This document shows, piece by piece, positions 52,601 through 64,000 of a DNA stretch of 64,000 bases (the first letter of the stretch is position 1; every line of letters begins with the position of its first letter). A program made the translations under genes and the position numbers. The DNA comes from Lingula anatina (Eukaryota; Animalia; Brachiopoda): the NCBI GenBank assembly GCA_051362555.1, contig CM120644.1, forward strand, positions 20,606,534-20,670,533, read 5' to 3'. The notes under the pieces are model-generated. The model was not told where the DNA came from. It saw only the letters and a program-made list of their open reading frames with translations, and made no database searches.

Positions 52601-55379
52601 TAATTATAATATAATAATATATATTTTGATCACTGTGTTATGTCTGTGTTGTAACTACTGTATGTGTCTACATATATATTTTTATTGATGATGTATTATC
52701 TGTTTTCAGTAGAGATGAAGGTGTGTTTCCTGGATTATCATCACATTGAGGACAACTGAACTAATCTCAGCCTAGCAGCCTCAGCACAGGTCAGTGCAAC
52801 TATGATATTGCCATACTGATGATTCTGTTAAATCGCAATGTGACCATTGCCACTATATGCTGTACCTAAGAATTAAATTATGATTTTGGAAAAGGATCAC
52901 TTAGATCCCACTCAGTTTTATATATATTCAAGGTGACAAGGGTTAATATGAAATGTCCTAAGATGTATGCTGTACCTAAGAAATTACCATTTTGGAAAAG
53001 GATCACTTAGATCCCACTCAGTTTTATATATGCATGTTCAAGGTGACAAGGGTTAATATGAAATGTCACGAGTTGGGGGGGGGGGGGGGGGGGGGGTTCG
53101 CTTCGCAAAAATCTTGATATAGCCAAAATTTTATGCATACATTCTGTTGCCTGTGCATTGTCTGTGATGACATTGTATGTGTCTGTATATATTCTGTTCA
53201 CTGTCTATGTCTTTATTGTTGCTGTATGTGTTTATTATATTTTGATCACTGTGTTATGTCTGTGTTGTAACTACTGTATGTGTCTACATATATATTTTTA
53301 TTAATGATGTATTATCTGTTTTCAGTAGAGATGAAGGTGTGTTTCTTGGATTATCATCACACTGAGGACAACTGAACTGATCTCAACCTAGCAGCCTCAG
53401 CACAGGTCAGTGCAACTATGATATTGCCATACCGATGATTCTGTTCAATCGCAAAGTGACCATTGCCACTATATGTTGTACCTAAGAAATTATCATTTTG
53501 GAAAAGGATCACTTAGATCCCACTCAGTTTTATATATGTTCAAGGTGACAAGGGTTAATGTGAGCTGTCAGGAGTTGGGGAGGGGGTGGGTGTTCGCTTA
53601 GCAAAAATCTTGATATAGCCAAAATTTTATGTATACATTCTGATGCCTGTGCATTGTCTGTGATGACATTGAATGTGTCTGTATATATTCTGGTCACTGT
53701 CTATGTCTTTATTGTCGCTGTAATCAAATCTAGTTCTACAACCTTACATCATCAGCAAAAAAAGGTCAGTGCAGTAATGATATTGCTACACTGGTGATTC
53801 TCTTCAATCCCATTTTGACCATCACTATATGTTGTAACTGAGAAATTAACATTTGTAAATGTGTCACTTAAATCCAAACCAGTTTTAAATATGTTCGAGG
53901 TGACGGGTTAGTGTGAACTGTCAGGAGTTAGGGGAGGGGGGGGGGGGGGGGGGTTTGCTCAGCAAAAATTTTGATATAGACAAAATTTCATGTATATATC
54001 TTGATGTTTTGTGCATTGTCGCTTGAGACATTAAATGTGTCTGTATATATTCTGATCACTGTGTATATCTTTGTTGTTGCTGTATGTGTTAATTATAATA
54101 TAATAATATATATTTTGATCACTGTGTTATGTCTGTGTTGTAACTACTGTATGTGTCTACATATATATTTTTATTGATGATGTATTATCTGTTTTCAGTA
54201 GAGATGAAGGTGTGTTTCCTGGATTATCATCACACTGAGGACAACTGAACTGATCTCAACCTAGCAGCCTCAGCACAGGTCAGTGCAACTATGATATTGC
54301 CATACCGATGATTCTGTTCAATCGCAATGTGACCATTGCCACTATATGCTGTACCTAAGAAATTATGATTTTGGAAAAGGATCACTTAGATCCCACTCAG
54401 ATTTATATATGTTCAAGGTAACAATGGTTAATGTGAGCTGTCAGGAGTTGGGGAGAGGGGGGTGTTGGGTTCTCTTATCAAAAATCTTGATATAGCCAAA
54501 ATTTTATGTATACATTCTGATGCCTGTGCATTGTCTGTGATGACATTGAATGTGTCTGTATATATTCTGGTCACTGTGTATGTCTTTATTGTTGTTGTAT
54601 GTGTTAATTATAATATAATAATATATTTTGATCACTGTGTTATGTCTGTGTTGTAACTACTGTATGTGTCTACATATATATTTTTATTGATAATGTATTA
54701 TCTGTTTTCAGTAGAGATGAAGGTGTGTTTCCTGGATTATCATCACACTGAGGACAACTGAACTGATCTTTACCTAGCAGCCTCAGCACAGGTCAGTGCA
54801 ACTATGATATTGCCATACTGATGATTCTGTTCAATCGCAATGTGACCATTGCCACTATATGCTGTACCTAAGAAATTATCATTTTGGAAAAGGATCACTT
54901 AGATCCCACTCAGTTTTATATATGTTCAAGGTAACAAGGGTTAATGTGAACTGTTAGGAGTTGGGGGAGGGGGGGGCTTCTCTCAGAAAAAATTTTGATA
55001 TAGACAAAATTTCATGTATATATCTTGATGTTTTGTGCATTGTCTGTGATGACATTAAATGTGTCTGTATATATTCTGGTCACTGTCTATGTCTTTATTG
55101 TTGTTGTATGTGTTTCTTATAATTAATAAATATATATTTTGATCACTGTGTTATGTCTGTGTTGTAACTACTGTATGTGTCTACATATATATTTTTATTG
55201 ATGATGTATTATCTGTTTTCAGTAGAGATGAAGGTGTGTTTCCTAGATTATCATCACACTGAGGACAACTGAACTGATCTCAACCTAGCAGCCTCAGCAC
55301 AGGTCAGTGCAACTATGATATTGCCATTGCCACTATATGCTGTACCTAAGAAATTATCATTTTGGAAAAGGATCACTTA

Positions 55380-55594
55380 GGCTCTGTTCTCACAACTTTT
55401 AGATCGATCTATCACCGCGGGGAGTCTCACTAGATTACTGTCAGATAATCCCCCTTAAGTGTCCGTCCCCGCCTACTATAAGCTTTAAGGGGTAATTAAC
55501 TTTCGTGTCCGCCCGGCTGACAGCTATTTAGCGTAAACCCCCAGGGAGTTAGGTCGATCCAATGTAGGTCGATCTAATCTATGAGAATGGGGTG
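55380..55594. mobile_element. 215-bp MITE, PIF/Harbinger-like
   Basis: Interrupts ggatcacttagatccc with duplication of TTA (55377-55379, 55595-55597); a 4-bp TTAG duplication is also possible. Imperfect TIRs: ggctctgttctcaca..ttagatcgatcta versus caccccattctcata..ttagatcgaccta. Confidence 0.82.
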
Positions 55595-58500
55595 TTAGAT
55601 CCCACTCAGTTTTATATATGTTCAAGGTGACAAGGGTTAATATGAAATGTCAGGAGTTGGGGGGAAGGTTCGATTCGCAAAAATCTTGATATAGCCAAAA
55701 TTTTATGCATACATTCTGTTGCCTGTGCTTTGTCTGTGATGACATTGAATGTTTCTGTATATATTCTGGTCACTGTCTTTGTCTTTATTGTTGCTGTATG
55801 TGTTAATTATAATATAATAATATATACGTATTTTGATCACTGTGTTATGTCTGTGTTGTAACTACTGTATGTGTCTACATATATATATATTTTTATTGAT
55901 GATGTATTATCTGTTTTCAGTAGAGATGAAGGTGTGTTTCTTGGATTATCATCACACTGAGGACAACTGAACTGATCTCAACCTAGCAGCCTCAGCACAG
56001 GTCAGTGCAACTATGATATTGCCATACTGATGATTCTGTTCAATCGCAAAGTGACCATTGCCACTATATGTTGTACCTAAGAAATTATCATTTTGGAAAA
56101 GGATCACTTAGATCCCACTCAGTTTTATATATGTTCAAGGTGACAAGGGTTAATGTGAGCTGTCAGGAGTTGGGGAGGGGGTGGGGTTCGCTTAGCAAAA
56201 ATCTTGATATAGCCAAAATTTTATGTATACATTCTGATGCCTGTGCATTGTCTGTGATGACATTGAATGTTTCTGTATATATTCTGGTCACTGTCTATGT
56301 CTTTATTGTCGCTGTAATCAAATCTAGTTCTGCAACCTTACATCATCAGCAAAAAAAGGTCAGTGCAGTAATGATATTGCTACACTGGTGATTCTCATCA
56401 ATCCCATTTTGACCATCACTATATGTTGTAACTGAGAAATTAACATTTGTAAATGTGTCACTTAAATCCAAACCAGTTTTAAATATGTTCAAGGTGACGG
56501 GTTAGTGTGAACTGTCAGGAGTTGGGGGAGGGGGGGGGGGCGGTTCACTCAGCAAAAATTTTGATATAGACAAAATTTCATGTATATATCTTGATGTTTT
56601 GTGCATTGTCGCTTGAGACATTAAATGTGTCTGTATATATTCTGATCACTGTGTATATCTTTGTTGTTGCTGTATGTGTTAATTATAATATAATAATATA
56701 TATTTTGATCACTGTGTTATGTCTGTGTTGTAACTACTGTATGTGTCTACATATATATTTTTATTGATGATGTATTATCTGTTTTCAGTAGAGATGAAGG
56801 TGTGTTTCCTAGATTATCATCACACTGAGGACAACTGAACTGATCTCAACCTAGCAGCCTCAGCACAGGTCAGTGCAACTATGATATTGCCATACCGATG
56901 ATTCTGTTCAATCGCAATGTGACCATTGCCACTATATGCTGTACCTAAGAAATTATGATTTTGGAAAAGGATCACTTAGATCCCACTCAGTTTTATATAT
57001 GTTCAAGGTAACAATGGTTAATGTGAGCTGTCAGGAGTTGGGGAGAGGGGGGGGGGGTTCTCTTATCAAAAATCTTGATATAGCCAAAATTTTATGTATA
57101 CATTCTGATGCCTGTGCATTGTCTGTGATGACATTGAATGTGTCTGTATATATTCTGGTCACTGTGTATGTCTTTATTGTTGTTGTATGTGTTAATTATA
57201 ATATAATAATATATTTTGATCACTGTGTTATGTCTGTGTTGTAACTACTGTATGTGTCTACATATATATATTTATTGATGATGTATTATCTTTTTTCAGT
57301 AGAGATGAAGCTGTGTTTCCTGGATTATCATCACACTGAGGACAACTGAACTGATCTCAACCTAGCAGCCTCAGCACAGGTCAGTGCAACTATGATATTG
57401 CCATACCGATGATTCTGTTCAATCGCAATGTGACCATTGCCACTATATGTTGTACCTAAGAAATTATGATTTTGGAAAAGGATCACTTAGATCCCACTCA
57501 GTTTTATATATGTTCAAGGTGACAAGGGTTAATGTGAGCTGTCAGGAGTTGGGGAGAGGGGGGGGGGGGGGTGTTCGCTTAGCAAAAATCTTGATATAGC
57601 CAAAATTTTATGTATACATTCTGATGCCTGTGCATTGTCTGTGATGACATTGAATGTGTCTGTATATATTCTGGTCACTGTCTATGTCTTTATTGTCGCT
57701 GTAATCAAATCTAGTTCTACAACCTTACATCATCAGCAAAAAAAGGTCAGTGCAGTAATGATATTGCTACACTGGTGATTCTCTTCAATCCCATTTTGAC
57801 CATCACTATATGTTGTAACTAAGAAATTAACATTTGTAAATGGGTCACTTAGATCCAAACCAGTTTTAAATATGTTCGAGGTGACGGGTTAGTGTGAACT
57901 AGATCCCACTCAGTTTTATATATGTTCAAGGTGACAAGGGTTTAAGTGAAATGTCATGAGTTGGGTGGAGGGTTCGCTTCGCAAAAATCTTGTTGAGTTG
58001 AGGGGGAGGGGGGGGTTTGCTCAGCAAAATGTCTTTATAATATAATAATATATTTTGATCACTGTGTTATGTCTGTGTTGTAACTACTGTATGTGTCTAC
58101 ATATATATTTTTATTGATGATGTATTATCTGTTTTCAGTAGAGATGAAGGTGTGTTTCCTGGATTATCATCACACTGAGGACAACTGAACTGATCTCAAC
58201 CTAGCAGCCTCAGCACAGGTCAGTGCAACTATGATATTGCCATACTGATGATTCTGTTCAATCGCAATGTGACCATTGCCACTATATGCTGTACCTAAGA
58301 AATTATCATTTTGGAAAAGGATCACTTAGATCCCACTCAGTTTTATATATGTTCAAGGTGACAAGGGTTAATATGAAATGTCACGAGTTGGGGGGAGGGT
58401 TCGCTTCGCAAAAATCTTGATATAGCCAAAATTTAATGCATACATTCTGTTGCCTGTGCATTGTCTGTGATGACATTGAATGTGTCTGTATATATTCTGG

Positions 58501-61500
58501 TCACTGTCTATGTCTTTATTGTTGCTGTATGTGTTTATTATAATATAATAATATATATTTTGATCACTGTGTTATGTCTGTGTTGTAACTACTGTATGTA
58601 TCTACATATATATTTTTCTTGATGATGTATTATCTGTTTTCAGTAGAGATGAAGGTGTGTTTCCTGGATTATCATCACACTGAGGACAACTGAACTGATC
58701 TCAACCTAGCAGCCTCAGCACAGGTCAGTGCAACTATGATATTGACATATTAATGATTCTGTTAAATCGCAATGTGACCATTGCCACTATATGCTGTACC
58801 TAAGAATTAAATTATGATTTTGGAAAAGGATCACTTAGATCCCACTCAGTTTTAAATATGTTCAAGGTAACAAGGGTTAATGTGAGCTGTCAGGAGTTGA
58901 GGGGGAGGGGGGGGTTTGCTCAGCAAAAATTTTAATATAGACAAAATGTCATGTATATATCTTGATGCTTGTGCATTGTCGCTTGAGACATTCAATGTGT
59001 CTGTATATATTCTGGTCACTGTGTATGTCTTTATTGTTGTTGTATGTGTTAATTATAATATAATAATATATTTTGATCACTGTGTTATGTCTGTGTTGTA
59101 ACTACTGTATGTGTCTACATATATATTTTTATTGATGATGTATTATCTGTTTTCAGTAGAGATGAAGGTGTGTTTCCTGGATTATCATCACATTGAGGAC
59201 AACTGAACTGATCTCAACCTAGCAGCCTCAGCACAGGTCAGTGCAACTATGATATTGCCATACCGATGATTCTGTTCAATCGCAATGTGACCATTGCCAC
59301 TATATGTTGTACCTAAGAAATTATGATTTTGGAAAAGGATCACTTAGATCCCACTCAGTTTTATATATGTTCAAGGTGACAAGGGTTAATGTGAGCTGTC
59401 AGGAGTTGGGGAGGGGGGGGGGGGTGTTCGCTTAGCAAAAATCTTGATATAGCCAAAATTTTATGTATACATTCTGATGCCTGTGCATTGTCTGTGATGA
59501 CATTGAATGTGTCTGTATATATTCTGGTCACTGTCTATGTCTTTATTGTCGCTGTAATCAAATCTAGTTCTACAACCTTACATCATCAGCAAAAAAAGGT
59601 CAGTGCAGTAATGATATTGCTACACTGGTGATTCTCTTCAATCCCATTTTGACCATCACTATATGTTGTAACTAAGAAATTAACATTTGTAAATGGGTCA
59701 CTTAGATCCAAACCAGTTTTAAATATGTTCGAGGTGACGGGTTAGTGTGAACTAGATCCCACTCAGTTTTATATATGTTCAAGGTGACAAGGGTTTAAGT
59801 GAAATGTCATGAGTTGGGTGGAGGGTTCGCTTCGCAAAAATCTTGTTGAGTTGAGGGGGAGGGGGGGGTTTGCTCAGCAAAATGTCTTTATAATATAATA
59901 ATATATTTTGATCACTGTGTTATGTCTGTGTTGTAACTACTGTATGTATCTACATATATATTTTTCTTGATGATGTATTATCTGTTTTCAGTAGAGATGA
60001 AGGTGTGTTTCCTGGATTATCATCACACTGAGGACAACTGAACTGATCTCAACCTAGCAGCCTCAGCACAGGTCAGTGCAACTATGATATTGACATATTA
60101 ATGATTCTGTTAAATCGCAATGTGACCATTGCCACTATATGCTGTACCTAAGAATTAAATTATGATTTTGGAAAAGGATCACTTAGATCCCACTCAGTTT
60201 TAAATATGTTCAAGGTAACAAGGGTTAATGTGAGCTGTCAGGAGTTGAGGGGGAGGGGGGGGTTTGCTCAGCAAAAATTTTAATATAGACAAAATGTCAT
60301 GTATATATCTTGATGCTTGTGCATTGTCGCTTGAGACATTCAATGTGTCTGTATATATTCTGGTCACTGTGTATGTCTTTATTGTTGTTGTATGTGTTAA
60401 TTATAATATAATAATATATTTTGATCACTGTGTTATGTCTGTGTTGTAACTACTGTATGTGTCTACATATATATTTTTATTGATGATGTATTATCTGTTT
60501 TCAGTAGAGATGAAGGTGTGTTTCCTGGATTATCATCACATTGAGGACAACTGAACTGATCTCAACCTAGCAGCCTCAGCACAGGTCAGTGCAACTATGA
60601 TATTGCCATACCGATGATTCTGTTCAATCGCAATGTGACCATTGCCACTATATGTTGTACCTAAGAAATTATGATTTTGGAAAAGGATCACTTAGATCCC
60701 ACTCAGTTTTATATATGTTCAAGGTGACAAGGGTTAATGTGAGCTGTCAGGAGTTGGGGAGGGGGGGGGGGGTGTTCGCTTAGCAAAAATCTTGATATAG
60801 CCAAAATTTTATGTATACATTCTGATGCCTGTGCATTGTCTGTGATGACATTGAATGTGTCTGTATATATTCTGGTCACTGTCTATGTCTTTATTGTCGC
60901 TGTAATCAAATCTAGTTCTACAACCTTACATCATCAGCAAAAAAAGGTCAGTGCAGTAATGATATTGCTACACTGGTGATTCTCTTCAATCCCATTTTGA
61001 CCATCACTATATGTTGTAACTAAGAAATTAACATTTGTAAATGGGTCACTTAGATCCAAACCAGTTTTAAATATGTTCGAGGTGACGGGTTAGTGTGAAC
61101 TAGATCCCACTCAGTTTTATATATGTTCAAGGTGACAAGGGTTTAAGTGAAATGTCATGAGTTGGGTGGAGGGTTCGCTTCGCAAAAATCTTGTTGAGTT
61201 GAGGGGGAGGGGGGGGTTTGCTCAGCAAAATGTCTTTATAATATAATAATATATTTTGATCACTGTGTTATGTCTGTGTTGTAACTACTGTATGTGTCTA
61301 CATATATATTTTTATTGATGATGTATTATCTGTTTTCAGTAGAGATGAAGGTGTGTTTCCTGGATTATCATCACACTGAGGACAACTGAACTGATCTCAA
61401 CCTAGCAGCCTCAGCACAGGTCAGTGCAACTATGATATTGCCATACTGATGATTCTGTTCAATCGCAATGTGACCATTGCCACTATATGCTGTACCTAAG

Positions 61501-64000
61501 AAATTATCATTTTGGAAAAGGATCACTTAGATCCCACTCAGTTTTATATATGTTCAAGGTGACAAGGGTTAATATGAAATGTCACGAGTTGGGGGGAGGG
61601 TTCGCTTCGCAAAAATCTTGATATAGCCAAAATTTAATGCATACATTCTGTTGCCTGTGCATTGTCTGTGATGACATTGAATATGTCTGTATATATTCTG
61701 GTCACTGTCTATGTCTTTATTGTTGCTGTATGTGTTTATTATAATATAATAATATATATTTTGATCACTGTGTTATGTCTGTGTTGTAACTACTGTATGT
61801 ATCTACATATATATTTTTCTTGATGATGTATTATCTGTTTTCAGTAGAGATGAAGGTGTGTTTCCTGGATTATCATCACACTGAGGACAACTGAACTGAT
61901 CTCAACCTAGCAGCCTCAGCACAGGTCAGTGCAACTATGATATTGACATATTAATGATTCTGTTAAATCGCAATGTGACCATTGCCACTATATGCTGTAC
62001 CTAAGAAATTATTATTTTTGAAAAGGATCACTTAGATCCCACTCAGTTTTAAATATGTTCAAGGTAACAAGGGTTAATGTGAGCTGTCAGGAGTTGAGGG
62101 GGAGGGGGGGGTTTGCTCAGCAAAAATTTTAATATAGACAAAATGTCATGTATATATCTTGATGCTTGTGCATTGTCGCTTGAGACATTCAATGTGTCTG
62201 TATATATTCTGATCACTGTGTATATCTTTATTGTTGCTGTATGTGTTAATTATAATATAATAATATATATTTTGATCACTGTGTTATGTCTGTGTTGTAA
62301 CTACTGTATGTGTCTACATATATATTTTTATTGATGATGTATTATCTGTTTTCAGTAGAGATGAAGGTGTGTTTCCTGGATTATCATCACATTGAGGACA
62401 ACTGAACTGATCTCAACCTAGCAGCCTCAGCACAGGTCAGTGCAACTATGATATTGCCAAACCGATGATTCTGTTCAATCGCAATGTGACCATTGCCACT
62501 ATATGTTGTACCTAAGAAATTATGATTTTGGAAAAGGATCACTTAGATCCCACTCAGTTTTATATATGTTCAAGGTGACAAGGGTTAATGTGAGCTGTCA
62601 GGAGTTGGGGAGAGGGGGGGGGGGGGTGTTCGCTTAGCAAAAATCTTGATATAGCCAAAATTTTATGTATACATTCTGATGCCTGTGCATTGTCTGTGAT
62701 GACATTGAATGTGTCTGTATATATTCTGGTCACTGTCTATGTCTTTATTGTCGCTGTAATCAAATCTAGTTCTACAGCCTTACATCATCAGCAAAAAAAG
62801 GTCAGTGCAGTAATGATATTGCTACACTGGTGATTCTCTTCAATCCCATTTTGACCATCACTATATGTTGTAACTAAGAAATTAACATTTGTAAATGGGT
62901 CACTTAGATCCAAACCAGTTTTAAATATGTTCGAGGTGACGGGTTAGTGTGAACTAGATCCCACTCAGTTTTATATATGTTCAAGGTGACAAGGGTTTAA
63001 GTGAAATGTCATGAGTTGGGTGGAGGGTTCGCTTCGCAAAAATCTTGTTGAGTTGAGGGGGAGGGGGGGGTTTGCTCAGCAAAATGTCTTTATAATATAA
63101 TAATATATTTTGATCACTGTGTTATGTCTGTGTTGTAACTACTGTATGTGTCTACATATATATTTTTATTGATGATGTATTATCTGTTTTCAGTAGAGAT
63201 GAAGGTGTGTTTCCTGGATTATCATCACACTGAGGACAACTGAACTGATCTCAACCTAGCAGCCTCAGCACAGGTCAGTGCAACTATGATATTGCCATAC
63301 TGATGATTCTGTTCAATCGCAATGTGACCATTGCCACTATATGCTGTACCTAAGAAATTATCATTTTGGAAAAGGATCACTTAGATCCCACTCAGTTTTA
63401 TATATGTTCAAGGTGACAAGGGTTAATATGAAATGTCACGAGTTGGGGGGAGGGTTCGCTTCGCAAAAATCTTGATATAGCCAAAATTTAATGCATACAT
63501 TCTGTTGCCTGTGCATTGTCTGTGATGACATTGAATGTGTCTGTATATATTCTGGTCACTGTCTATGTCTTTATTGTTGCTGTATGTGTTTATTATAATA
63601 TAATAATATATATTTTGATCACTGTGTTATGTCTGTGTTGTAACTACTGTATGTGTCTACATATATATTTTTATTGATGATGTATTATCTGTTTTCAGTA
63701 GAGATGAAGGTGTGTTTCCTGGATTATCATCACACTAAAGACAACTGAACTGATCTCAACCTAGCAGCCTCAGCACAGGTCAGTGCAACTATGATATTGC
63801 CATACCGATGATTCTGTTCAATCGCAATGTGACCATTGCCACTATATGCTGTACCTAAGAAATTATCATTTTGGAAAAGGATCACTTAGATCCCACTCAG
63901 TTTTATATATGTTCAAGGTAACAAGGGTTAATGTGAACTGTTAGGAGTTGGGGGAGTTGGGGGGCTTCTCTCAGAAAAAATTTTGATATAGACAAAATTT

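Larger units (their letters stand above)
39945..64000 (+). repeat. Tandem array of ~450-610-bp units (modal ~500 bp) with several subtypes, variable poly-G tracts and multi-unit duplications; continues past the window end
   Basis: Recurring ggaaaaggatcacttagatcccactcag and ttttcagtagagatgaaggtgtgtttcc...gcacaggtcagt. Larger periods: 956 bp (44227/45183), 1348 bp (58916/60264), 1849 bp (60264/62113). Confidence 0.98.

Overview
This window is eukaryotic repetitive DNA, probably from an invertebrate animal (inferred from element types). I find no credible intact protein-coding, rRNA or tRNA gene. Positions 1-~30.1 kb form one giant imperfect palindrome centred at ~20.5 kb. From outside in, each arm has a ~163-bp-family satellite, a ~0.93-kb unique flank, a 129-bp satellite and a 33-bp purine-rich minisatellite. 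The arms evolved independently: ~130 monomers with a 1158-bp 9-mer higher-order repeat (HOR) on the left, ~31 monomers on the right. The 129-bp and 33-bp repeats share one nearly open reading frame entered from the flank, suggesting satellites derived from a repetitive coding exon. A ~978-bp 6-mer HOR satellite follows (29-35 kb), then a mixed AT-rich region with transposon remnants (35-40 kb). A ~0.45-0.6-kb tandem array runs from 40 kb to the window end, with most units carrying a near-invariant 80-nt non-coding exon-like core. Three non-autonomous transposons (Helentron/DINE-1-like, IS3EU-like, Harbinger-like) interrupt that array, each with an empty site visible in a paralogous unit. Coordinates were read by eye, so array edges are approximate.
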